DNA of 64,000 nucleotides from Pyrinomonadaceae bacterium (GTDB lineage Bacteria; Acidobacteriota; Blastocatellia; Pyrinomonadales; Pyrinomonadaceae): NCBI GenBank assembly GCA_035279345.1, contig DATEHX010000260.1, positions 5,606 to 69,605 of the forward strand, read 5' to 3'. Shown piece by piece: positions 45,001 to 53,283 of this stretch (position 1 is its first letter; each line of letters starts with the position of its first letter). The notes under the pieces were generated by a model. It saw only the letters and a program-made list of their open reading frames with translations, ran no database searches and was not told where the DNA came from. The position numbers and the translations under genes were made by a program.

Positions 45001-47901
45001 GCTGCCGTCTTCAATGGTTGCGACGGGGAGTTCCAGCCGCTCTGCAACAAGTCGTCTCACAACCTCCAGCGGAGTGTGCGACTCGGCTGGAACTTCCTCC
45101 GTCGCGTCCATTTCGCCGGACTGTTCTGAGGACGCGTCCGGCGATAAAGAAATGTCCGTGCTGGCATCATCCGGTGGGGCGAGTTCGCACGGGTTAACAA
45201 AGAAGCTCGGGCGCCAGTCGAGTTCGAACGAGCGCGCGAAGCGATCGGCGAACAACTCTTCGTGAGCAACGCGTGCGCCCAGGCAGAAGCATGCGCCAAC
45301 AGCATTCAAGAGTCCGCGAATCGAAGTCCCGCCCGCATCCAACGCCACGGCAGGCTCGTTACGAAACTGTCCGATCAACCCGCAGAGAGTCGGGCCTGGT
45401 CCAACTTCAAGCCACAGATCGACACCCGCATCGGCGGCGGCATCGACTGCTTCCATAAAGCGGACGGGCGAAGTTACTTGTTCGCGTAGCAGCACGCGCA
45501 AGTCGTCATTCCCGTTGAGGTGTCGGCCCGTTACAGTTGAAAAGACACGGCGCTGTAGCGGCGCGAATTCTTCGTGCTCGAGATGCGCGGACAAGCTGGT
45601 GGCGGCAGGAGCGACCAGCGAGGAGTGGAATGCGTGGGAGGTGCGTAACAGCGTAGTGCGTAGTCCGCGCGCCTCGGCGCGACGCGCTACTGTGTTGATT
45701 TCAACCGCCTCGCCGGAAAGGACTGTCTGCTGGGGCGAATTGAGACCCGCGATGACAACTCTTTCGCCGTTCAAGATCTCTTCGACGGCTTGTCTGTCTG
45801 CCGCCACACTCAGCATTGCACCCGTGGGACCTTCGACTTTCACCATCGCGCGACCGCGCGCGCGGGCGATTCGCAGCAGTGAAGACTCGTCTAAAGATCC
45901 TGCCCAATGGAGTGCTGTGAACTCACCGAGACTGTGGCCCACACCCACGTTCGCTACTATCCCAAAACGGGAGAGGACGCGAAGAGCCGCGACCGAGGAC
46001 GCAACGATCGCGGGTTGGGCCACGTCCGTCGAGACGCCGTCGCCACGCCACGAATGCTTCGTGTAGGCATACAGGTCTTCGAGGAAATTGAAGCGACGCC
46101 GCCAGGCTCCGCCGTCCTTGTAAGATGGCGAGCCTTGGCCGGGGAAGAGAAAACCGATACGCGCTGATGATGGATCAGTGTTGAGAAATAGTCCGCCGTG
46201 CGGATCGATCAGCCGCGATGTGCCGCTTCGCGCACGCGATCTCAGCGTTTCGAGTCGTGTCGACAGTTCCGCCGGGCTTGAAGCGATCACCGCTGCGCGG
46301 ATGGGAAGGGGACGCAGTGTCTCCGACAGGCGTTTGGCAAGATCCGTCAACTCGCTACGCGAAAGGCGAGCGGCGTACGCGAGCACGCGATCGATTTGAT
46401 TCTCGAGTTGATAGACGTCCCGGGCGCTGAAGAGAAACAGTTCTGCATCCTGTGCAGAGGTTAATAGTGCGCGTTCTTTGGAAGTGAGAGACGCGCGGCG
46501 ATCGTCGTGTGCCGCTTCCAGCGTCACGTGCGAGTTGATGCCGCCAAAACCCATTGCGCTAACTCCCGCGCGCAGGTTCGCATTGGTGGGGAAGAGTTCG
46601 CCCTGTTTGAGAGCGCGGAGCGCAGACTCGTCTCCCTTGAGTTCATCGTGCGGCTCATCACAACCGACTGTTGGCGGAAGGATCTGCGCGTTGAGCGCCA
46701 TCGTCGCTTTGATCAGTCCCGCAACGCCTGCGGCCGCCTTTGTGTGGCCGATGATCGCTTTGATCGAACTGACAACGGCGGGCGTGTCTTTTGTTCCACC
46801 TGCATCGCGACGTGCGCGTGATAGCGCCTGAAGTTCAGTCGCATCGCCAACCGCTGTGCCCGTTCCGTGACCTTCGAAATACGCGACCGTGCCGGCGCCG
46901 TACCCCGCACGTGCATAAGCACGTCGCAACGCGATGATTTGTCCGTCGACTTCCGGTCGAGTGATGCCGCCACTGCCGTCCGACGAGACGCCCCAACCGC
47001 GTATCACTGCGTAGACTCGCAGCCGTTTCAGAAGAGCGTCTTCATGACGCATGAGAACGATCAGTCCGCAACCCTCACCCGGCCAGAATCCCGCCGAACG
47101 CGCGTCATAGACGCGCATCATGTCAGTAGCGAGCGCACCGGTTTTAGCGAACCCGACGAGCTCGAACGGATCGGTACTCAGGTCGACACCGCCCGCGATC
47201 GCGACATCAAGATCGCCGGCGGCGAGCGACGAGCACGCGTTAATAACTGCGAGCAATGAAGACGCGCACGCTCCGTCAACCGTGTAACCGCCACCGTTGA
47301 GATCGAAGTGATTACAGATGCGTCCGGCAATCGTGTTCGAGAGTCCGCCCGCAAGCGTCTCCGCGCCGACCGGTGGAAAAGGTCGCTTATAAAGACTCTC
47401 CATTTGCGCGAGGAGTTCGCGTTGCCGTTCCGGCGGACACGAATCTTCTTCGAGTACTTTCCTGACGACGCGACGCACATACGGCCAGCGCAAGCGCATC
47501 GTGTTCGCGCGGGAGAACTCGCCCGTCAGTGTGTTACCGACAAACACACCCGTCCCTTCACGCGGCAGTCCTTCACCTTCCGGAAAGCCGGCGTCTTCGA
47601 GCGCCGCCGCAGCGACGTCCAGAGTCAGCCAGTGAACCGGATCGGCCGCGCGATAAGTGCCGCCGGGAACGCGGAAGCGCGCCCGGTCAAACTCGTAACC
47701 CTCGATGAAGGCACCCTCGGTTGAGTATGTCTGATCCGGGCTTTGCCGGTCGGAAGACAAGTAGTCGTCGAGATTGAGCCGTTCAGCCGGAATCCGTCTG
47801 AAAGCGCGGCGTTGGGCCAACGCATTTTCCCAGAGCTCGTCTGGCGAACGCGCGTCCGGGTAGCGACACGCCATGCCGACGATGGCAATTGCTTGTCCCA
47901 T
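42037..47901 (-). CDS. Iterative type I polyketide synthase of the enediyne PKSE type (KS-AT-ACP-KR-DH-PPTase)
   Basis: It encodes 1954 aa. The N-terminus IAIVGMACRYPDARSPDELWENALAQRRAFRRIP...TYSTEGAFIEGYEFDR is PKSE/PUFA-like. Catalytic motifs: KS Cys in DGACASS (47266..47268), plus EGHGTGT and GINSH; AT GHSLGE (Ser 45931..45933); ACP DDLHLNSITV (Ser 44971..44973); KR VTGGARGIT and Tyr in AHYGLAN (43825..43827); DH HVFRGERLVP (His 43435..43437). The C-terminal Sfp-like PPTase shows GKPE...SASHCGD...GCDLE (Asp 42412..42414) and WTSVECLKKAG. Confidence 0.85.
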   Translation of the reverse strand: MGQAIAIVGMACRYPDARSPDELWENALAQRRAFRRIPAERLNLDDYLSSDRQSPDQTYSTEGAFIEGYEFDRARFRVPGGTYRAADPVHWLTLDVAAAALEDAGFPEGEGLPREGTGVFVGNTLTGEFSRANTMRLRWPYVRRVVRKVLEEDSCPPERQRELLAQMESLYKRPFPPVGAETLAGGLSNTIAGRICNHFDLNGGGYTVDGACASSLLAVINACSSLAAGDLDVAIAGGVDLSTDPFELVGFAKTGALATDMMRVYDARSAGFWPGEGCGLIVLMRHEDALLKRLRVYAVIRGWGVSSDGSGGITRPEVDGQIIALRRAYARAGYGAGTVAYFEGHGTGTAVGDATELQALSRARRDAGGTKDTPAVVSSIKAIIGHTKAAAGVAGLIKATMALNAQILPPTVGCDEPHDELKGDESALRALKQGELFPTNANLRAGVSAMGFGGINSHVTLEAAHDDRRASLTSKERALLTSAQDAELFLFSARDVYQLENQIDRVLAYAARLSRSELTDLAKRLSETLRPLPIRAAVIASSPAELSTRLETLRSRARSGTSRLIDPHGGLFLNTDPSSARIGFLFPGQGSPSYKDGGAWRRRFNFLEDLYAYTKHSWRGDGVSTDVAQPAIVASSVAALRVLSRFGIVANVGVGHSLGEFTALHWAGSLDESSLLRIARARGRAMVKVEGPTGAMLSVAADRQAVEEILNGERVVIAGLNSPQQTVLSGEAVEINTVARRAEARGLRTTLLRTSHAFHSSLVAPAATSLSAHLEHEEFAPLQRRVFSTVTGRHLNGNDDLRVLLREQVTSPVRFMEAVDAAADAGVDLWLEVGPGPTLCGLIGQFRNEPAVALDAGGTSIRGLLNAVGACFCLGARVAHEELFADRFARSFELDWRPSFFVNPCELAPPDDASTDISLSPDASSEQSGEMDATEEVPAESHTPLEVVRRLVAERLELPVATIEDGSRLLDDLHLNSITVAQLVAEAARRLDLPPPTAPTHYANATLSEIARALEAAAHAGSANGDSDAEALPTGVDEWVREFSVEFVERALPRRDGPFEAADWRILASLDHPLKNAVERSFAQVGAGHGVVVLLPPEPDESHIDLLLDGAREALKGGDDFRYVLGQYSGHGGAASFARTLHLEAKNLNTCVVDVPLDHPEAAAWVLAEALAARGHVEARYGSDGKRYEPVLRPLVFEADECDLPLTPDDVLVVTGGARGITAECALRLARESGARLAIFGLSKPNADDEIVTNLERMKAAGVDFRYYSVDVSEAAATREAIREVERDLGPVTAILHGAARNVPCLIENLNSEEFTKTFAPKIRGAQNLLAAIDPDRLRLLITFSSIIARTGLPGEAHYGLANEWLTRLTESWQTEHPHCRCHAIEWSVWSGVGMGARLGTVDELARRGITPIPVERGLDSLHRLLTQKSAEVAAVVMGRLSDMPTLEVEKPELPFLRFLEKPRVYYPGIELVVDTELSTATDPYLDDHVFRGERLVPAVMGMEAMAQVFMALTETNEPPVFEQVKFERPVVINEGATNTIRVAALVRTPGCVEIVLRSSETGFQADHFRAVCRPASGPSEPEHREIVDTRVIVDPAHDLYGKVLFHTGRFRRLREYRTLKATECSAEIMSDGTTNWFGRYLPAGLVLGDPGARDAAIHAVQACVPQITLLPIGVEKVTGNLNAHVGELFVRAEERERFANGFVYDVELTDSEGRVRERWERLHLRAISGTDYTGPWPEGLLTPYVERCLLALVPDANVSVAFERNGEPEGMSERRDRSTRALERAVGRAGCITRRADGKPEACDGRSVSASHCGDLTMAVAAHSAVGCDLETVTTRSSEIWSDMLGVERFKLAEIISRETHETLDVAATRVWTSVECLKKAGAGMTAPLVFTGTASNGWLLLASGEMKIASGVIQRDGEKEDLAIALLTGNSHKEAQKAPLVAGAIGDKDARV

Positions 47902-47902
47902 C

Positions 47903-48883
47903 TCACGCCTCCCTAATCATGACAGGAGCCGGTGACGGCGTACTCAACGTCGTTGGTCCAGTGACGGTTATCGCGTCATCTTCACGTCGCCTGGCCCACC
48001 GCATCGCGTACATCCACAGACCTCGAACGGTGCACACGATCGTTAGCGCAAAGAAGAGTCCGAAGACCACGTGGGCCATCATCAACAGCCCATAGACAGC
48101 CGCAACACTAAAACCAAAGGCGATCTGCTCCCGCCGGCCTGCCGGCGTCGTAGCCGGATCGGTCACCATGTAGAACGTGTAGAGGATGAACGCGACACCA
48201 GTCATCGGCACCAACGCCGCGCCGAACGCCGAGTCAAAAAACACGCTCCTCAACGCGGCTTGCGCAATATAGCCGCCGAGCCACGCAGCAATTAACGGCA
48301 GCCGATGAGTGAAGCGCGCGTTCAAGAACGTTCCCGTGCAGATGATTACTCCGGGCAAGATCCAGTCGCCGACACCGGTCATGTTCTCCGTGAACTGATA
48401 CGGCGGTGCAACGCTGACCCACGCGAAGGCGAGCAGCGTTATCGTGATGCCAAAGTTCGAGGGGTTGAAGAAGTGTCGCGTGCCGCCTTTTTCCAGAGGA
48501 GCGCGCAAGAGACACTTCGAACAGATGGCCACGACAGATGCGAACATGACTGGTCCAAGCGTCTCGTTTGCGTAAAGGAGCATCGCACACGCGAGCCCAG
48601 TGATGTGCGCCGAGAGCAAAAAGTCGACGAACTTGCGCGCGCCGCCACCGAGAAACCTGAGCGGGCGATGATTGAAACGCGCGTCAATGAACTCAAGGAA
48701 CAGTTCGACACTGTAAGCGGTGGCCAACGCCACCAGAGGTTGGGCCAACGACTGTTCGAAGCCAAAGAAAGCGTGGCCCAGGATATTGAGAACAGTGATG
48801 GCGACTGCGAAACGCCGCAGTCCTCCCAAACGATCCGCTCGATTGCCAGTCTCATTTGCACTCATTGACGACTCCCTTCTCAC
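47903..48883 (-). CDS. Polytopic membrane protein of the enediyne-cassette UnbU (SgcE5-like) type
   Basis: The protein is about 320 aa with 7-8 predicted TM helices. It sits immediately upstream of PKSE (1-nt gap), in the position UnbU occupies in enediyne cassettes. The start is GTG 48883 or ATG 48865. Confidence 0.65.
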   Translation of the reverse strand: MRRESSMSANETGNRADRLGGLRRFAVAITVLNILGHAFFGFEQSLAQPLVALATAYSVELFLEFIDARFNHRPLRFLGGGARKFVDFLLSAHITGLACAMLLYANETLGPVMFASVVAICSKCLLRAPLEKGGTRHFFNPSNFGITITLLAFAWVSVAPPYQFTENMTGVGDWILPGVIICTGTFLNARFTHRLPLIAAWLGGYIAQAALRSVFFDSAFGAALVPMTGVAFILYTFYMVTDPATTPAGRREQIAFGFSVAAVYGLLMMAHVVFGLFFALTIVCTVRGLWMYAMRWARRREDDAITVTGPTTLSTPSPAPVMIREA

Positions 48884-50819
48884 GACCGAGCACGATGGTG
48901 TACCAACCGCCCGGCAACAGTTGAATTGTTTCTCGTTGAAGTTCTCCGCGCGCGTCGCGCCAGCGCAGCTCGATTGTTATGGGCCTGTTCTCGGGGAGGT
49001 GGCCCAACCCGAACTGCAAATCGGGACTACGCTTACCCGAATGCCCGTTACCACCATCGACTTGCAGCACGAGTGGCGCACGTTCGGGCACAAATGCACG
49101 TGCCTGGGCGCCGATTGCGGGACGTGACGCGAGCGTGGTTGCGCCCTTTCCTTCACGGCACACACGCGTTTTTGACAGGCTGTCTTCGACTGGCAGGCGG
49201 AGCCTCAGCCCCAGAAAAGTGCCCCCGTTGTTACTCTCATTGCGGTAGAAGTATGAAGTGCCCCACTGATTCGCGACCGCGTAATCGAGACGGCCATCGC
49301 CGTCAACGTCTGCTGTCGCGATACCGCGCGTGAGCAGCGGTTGGTCCAGTGAAAGCTGTGCGGCGATGTCGTGAAAACGCCCGTCAGCTCCGCGCACGAA
49401 AAAGAAATTGTGACCGTTGCCGCTTACGTCATCGCCGGCTTGCAGGATCGGCCAACTATGCGGGTGGCGCAGTAGTTGGTCGTTTCCCATGACGACTTCG
49501 TGGAGTTCGGGCCAGCGGTTGATGTTGCCCTTGAGAAAGCCGGTCGCCTGCAACGCTTCAAGTGTTCCGTCGTTGTTGAAGTCGCCGAACCGTGACTCCC
49601 ATCCCCAACCGCTACGTGAAAGACCGAGCGACTCGCTGCGATCGACGTAGGGAGCGACACCGTTCTTCATCTGATCGACGCTTCCCGTGCTGAGGAAAGC
49701 GAAATTACTCTCTTCGAGTCCGTACTCCTGGGTGATGTTGCTGACCCAGATGTCGGGCCAGCCGTCGTCGTTCATGTCGCCGAAGTCAACACCCATGCCC
49801 TTGTACGAGTCGCGCCCGAGCACTTTCGACTTCGTGGTAGTTAGCGATCGCCGTCCTTCCAGCAACTGGAAGCGCGGATGACCTGGCGTCGAACGGTTGT
49901 GCAGGAGACGATCGGGGCCGAAGTCGTTGGCGAAGTAGATTTCGGGAAGCAAGTCGCCGTCGAGATCGGCCGCACCGATCGCCAGCGCCCAACCGCGGGC
50001 GCTTTGCTCGTCAAGTACGTTGTTGACTTCTTCGAATTGCACGGTTGAACCGGCTGCCGGGGCTTTCCAAAGAAGGAGATGTTTTTTCCCGCCGTTTTGG
50101 GCGAGCGACATCGAGTCCTGCATCGTGTCGGGGATGTTGGACCGTGCGTCGAGGATGCGTGCGCCATCCGGGAAGAAGTTGCCGATGATCAAATCCGTGT
50201 GGCCGTCGCCGTCGATATCGGCGAGGGTGGCAGCGTTCGTGTACCAGCGTTCGCTGCCGGGAACTAATTCGCTCTGCGTGTAGCTGTTGGCGTTGAGTGC
50301 GGTGCGATCTTTCTTGATGAAGACGACTGGAGTACGGCCCCAGTAATACGCGAGCACGTCCTGTTGACCGTCTTCATTAAAGTCTCCAGGCAAACAACCC
50401 ATTGGCGCCATCGTCGACGCGTTGTAAGGAAGACCGGCCGGCTCGAGAGAGAAGGGTTGATAACGCGCGGGAGTGCCTGGCACCGGCGCGACGATGACCT
50501 TGTCAATTCTCGTGTCGACGTAACACGCATCGTTCGGCAGTCCGTCGCCGTCGAGATCGTTCAGCGCGACTGCTGCACCCACGCTGGAGATCCAACCCGA
50601 CACGCGTTGCAGCGATGGATTGACGTCGCGGATTGTCTTTGGTGTTGGACCGTTCAGCGTCGGCAATGCCGCCGTGCTGAAACGAAAATCTTCGGCGAGT
50701 TTCGCTAACTCAGACTCTGAAGGTTTGGGTATGCGTGCGAAAGCGTAGACGGCGAAGACGAGAACGATCGCTGTCAACTTTGCAGCGTGACGCCGGAATG
50801 CGCCGGCAATGATCGTCAT
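48852..50819 (-). CDS. FG-GAP/VCBS beta-propeller protein with a C-terminal ASPIC/UnbV domain (SgcE4-like)
   Basis: It has an N-terminal anchor (LTAIVLVFAVYAFA). Seven Ca-binding-like repeats are present (DLDGDGLPND, GDFNEDGQQD, ADIDGDGHTD, ADLDGDLLPE, GDMNDDGWPD, GDFNNDGTLE, ADVDGDGRLD). The C-terminus is GGNGHSGKRSPDLQFGLG...ITIELRWRDARG. I set the start at ATG 50819 because it forms an ATGA overlap with the upstream stop; the ORF track extends to 50867. Confidence 0.75.
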   Translation of the reverse strand: MTIIAGAFRRHAAKLTAIVLVFAVYAFARIPKPSESELAKLAEDFRFSTAALPTLNGPTPKTIRDVNPSLQRVSGWISSVGAAVALNDLDGDGLPNDACYVDTRIDKVIVAPVPGTPARYQPFSLEPAGLPYNASTMAPMGCLPGDFNEDGQQDVLAYYWGRTPVVFIKKDRTALNANSYTQSELVPGSERWYTNAATLADIDGDGHTDLIIGNFFPDGARILDARSNIPDTMQDSMSLAQNGGKKHLLLWKAPAAGSTVQFEEVNNVLDEQSARGWALAIGAADLDGDLLPEIYFANDFGPDRLLHNRSTPGHPRFQLLEGRRSLTTTKSKVLGRDSYKGMGVDFGDMNDDGWPDIWVSNITQEYGLEESNFAFLSTGSVDQMKNGVAPYVDRSESLGLSRSGWGWESRFGDFNNDGTLEALQATGFLKGNINRWPELHEVVMGNDQLLRHPHSWPILQAGDDVSGNGHNFFFVRGADGRFHDIAAQLSLDQPLLTRGIATADVDGDGRLDYAVANQWGTSYFYRNESNNGGTFLGLRLRLPVEDSLSKTRVCREGKGATTLASRPAIGAQARAFVPERAPLVLQVDGGNGHSGKRSPDLQFGLGHLPENRPITIELRWRDARGELQRETIQLLPGGWYTIVLGREKGVVNECK

Positions 50820-51802
50820 GTTGTTGTGACCCCCAATGCGATTTTTTCCTGAATGCGGCGGCGCCACACTTCGTAAGCCGGTAGCGCGCCGTCTTCATGC
50901 AAGTCTTCCAAAGCAGCGTCGGTAATGGCGGCGAATTGTTCCGCGGAGTATCCACCGATCACACGGCAGACAGTCTCGGTGTGTGAGTTGAGGTTTGCTG
51001 CGCGCTGGCGTGTCTTGGCGGCAAAGGCGACACCTTGAGCAAACGCTGGAAAGTGTTTGCCGGCAGCGGCTCGCAACGACTCGATAGCGGCTCGTCCGCA
51101 ACCACCGGCGTAAGCGCAAGCCAAGCCTGCACCACTCCACAGATCGTCGCGTCGCGCGGAAGGAAAGGCTTCGATCGCGTTCACAACCGCTGAAACGTTC
51201 GCGCCTTTTACAAACCAGATGCTGCGGCCGAGACCCTGATCGAAGACGTGCAGTTCGTACCCGTGAAGACGCGTCGGAAGCGCGCGCTGTTCGACGTATC
51301 GAGGCCAATTGAAATAGCCTTCGTGAAAACCGTAACCGTCAACTACGAGCCAGCGCAGCAGCGGATCGAGTCTGTTCAGCTGCGGCGTGACGTCTCGCCG
51401 TAAACGTGCGAGCGCCCAACCCAATCCAACGTGCATCATGTAGATGTGAGGTTTGGCGAAACTCTCAGTGAAACTGCGCCAGCGATCTCTGCGCCATGGC
51501 GTGAAGCAATCAAGTAAGGCCAGTCCCATCGCGGCGCCTTCGAAAGCAAACCCACGCAGCTCTGCATCGACAGCCGACAGCCGGCGCGCGAGTGACATAA
51601 ACTCTGACTCTTCCAGCGCCGCGTGATAGCCACTCAAAAACGTGATCCCGATTTGCTCGAGACGCAGGCGGGCTTCGTCTTCGCCAGCGAGGAAGCCGCG
51701 TTTAGCGAAGCTCGCCTCAGCCGGTGAAAGACCCAGGAAACGTCGACGCGCTTGCCCGAGTAACGAAACCCTATTCGTAACTGTCGTCTCACGAATTTGC
51801 AT
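50816..51802 (-). CDS. DUF1702-family protein of the enediyne-cassette UnbL (SgcE3-like) type
   Basis: The motifs KRGF...LEQIGITFLSGY...LRGFAFEGAAMGLALLD...MHVGLGWALARL...DPLLRWLVVDGYGFHEGYF...VFDQGLGRSIWFV...DLWSGAGLACAYAGG match my recollection of the DUF1702/UnbL consensus. Confidence 0.75.
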   Translation of the reverse strand: MQIRETTVTNRVSLLGQARRRFLGLSPAEASFAKRGFLAGEDEARLRLEQIGITFLSGYHAALEESEFMSLARRLSAVDAELRGFAFEGAAMGLALLDCFTPWRRDRWRSFTESFAKPHIYMMHVGLGWALARLRRDVTPQLNRLDPLLRWLVVDGYGFHEGYFNWPRYVEQRALPTRLHGYELHVFDQGLGRSIWFVKGANVSAVVNAIEAFPSARRDDLWSGAGLACAYAGGCGRAAIESLRAAAGKHFPAFAQGVAFAAKTRQRAANLNSHTETVCRVIGGYSAEQFAAITDAALEDLHEDGALPAYEVWRRRIQEKIALGVTTT

Positions 51803-52197
51803 ACTTATCCGTCCGCGTATGAATCACGACGCGCGCACTTCGACGAGCATCGTTCATCGCCATTAACCGTCGGGAGTTGTCATTGCCTGGGCTAGACGAT
51901 TGGCAGAGAGGAATTCTTAATCTGGCGGCGGAGGTCGGGTAACGCCGCCTGTCCGATCGTCTGTATTGAGTGTGCGGAAAAGAGTATGAGCCTCAGTCGC
52001 GGAAACTGGCGTGGCAATTTTGGAAGATGTGATTCAGCAAGATTGAACAAGTAAAGAAAGTCGCAGGCGTGCTGAAATCTTCAGCGCCGAAAGACACGGA
52101 GGTGAACGCAAAGCATGGCCGCAACGGATTCTCGATCCGAAGCTCAAGCCACTCCGTTGAGTTCGGACAAAAGTATTTCTGAGGAGGAAAAAGATCG

Positions 52198-53112
52198 ATG
52201 AAAGAGATCACACGGAGGCTTTACACAAAACCGGTCATGCTCGGCATGGCGTTTCTTGTGGGATTGGCGCTCGTGGCTGCCTTGTTCATCACACAGAAGA
52301 GCACGGCGGCGCCGGGTTCGTTTCCAGTCGCTGCAGGACCCGACGAATTCGAGACGGCTGGCGACGGCGAAACCTTCCATGACTTCCACGGCAAACCCAT
52401 TCCCGCGGATTTCTTCGGACCAGGTTCCAATGCGTATAACCAGCTTGTGCAACTCGTAGGCGTGCCGCTGGGACCAGGCAGCAATGTCGACACGGTCATC
52501 ACGCGGAACCAAACTGTCTTCCAGGCCGGTGGCAGCACGTCGCTCACGATGACGGGGCTTTCTCTAAGAGCCATCACCCCGCTTACGATCACCTTTAACA
52601 ACGGCACGCCCACGCAGACATGGAACATGACTGTGGGCTTGTCCAATTACAAGGCTTCGACCGGATCGATGACGATCAACTTGAATACCTTTGACTCAAC
52701 GTTGAAGGTCTGGCCGAAATTCACTTTCACGCGCGTAGGCGGCGGTGGTGGACCAATCGTTCTCGACACCGGCGCTCCCGGCGGCCCTGGCTTGCAGGCG
52801 TCCGCAACAATCGAACCGAGTGACGGGGTCGTCTTCGAACCCGCGCCGGCTCCGACGGTCGCACCCGCTCCGTGCGCTGTGATCGACACGTTCGAAGGAA
52901 CTACCAAAGTTGGTGGCTCTTTCAATTCCGCCGCGGTAGCAGCCAGCACGTGCCCGCCGATCACGCTGAGTTCCGTTAACTCGCCGTGGAATAACTGCCC
53001 GGGCTTCTGCATTCCCGTGCCGATCACCGAGGAAGAGCGCTGGGCGCGTCATAGACCTGGACCAAGAGGAACGATAGCCAACACTACAAAAGGCGGAGCA
53101 GTCGCCGAGTAA
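52198..53112 (+). CDS. Secreted hypothetical protein
   Basis: SD GAGGAGG lies upstream and a signal peptide (VMLGMAFLVGLALVAALFI) is present. The protein is Gly/Thr/Pro-rich and beta-type, with C-terminal Cys residues. It ends shortly upstream of the second CHAT gene (172 nt before ATG 53284; 33 nt before the alternative TTG 53146). Confidence 0.7.
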   Translation: MKEITRRLYTKPVMLGMAFLVGLALVAALFITQKSTAAPGSFPVAAGPDEFETAGDGETFHDFHGKPIPADFFGPGSNAYNQLVQLVGVPLGPGSNVDTVITRNQTVFQAGGSTSLTMTGLSLRAITPLTITFNNGTPTQTWNMTVGLSNYKASTGSMTINLNTFDSTLKVWPKFTFTRVGGGGGPIVLDTGAPGGPGLQASATIEPSDGVVFEPAPAPTVAPAPCAVIDTFEGTTKVGGSFNSAAVAASTCPPITLSSVNSPWNNCPGFCIPVPITEEERWARHRPGPRGTIANTTKGGAVAE

Positions 53113-53283
53113 CTCACCTTAATTGGTAACCGTCATCGCTTTGTTTTGAGCCGCGGTGCCGGATCGGTCGATCTACCTGCATTCCTCCCAAACGCCCTGG
53201 CTGGCCTCACCCGCGACTTCGATTACGGAGTCGCGGGTGAGGATTTACAGTCTTCACGCACAGTAATAGAATCTCGGGCCCTT

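Noticed and set aside
50820-50867. Upstream start (50867) for the UnbV-like gene, overlapping UnbL by 52 nt
   Set aside because: The internal ATG at 50819 forms a classic ATGA stop-start overlap with the UnbL-like gene and immediately precedes the hydrophobic anchor. The extra 16 residues (MAPPHSGKNRIGGHNN) look non-coding.
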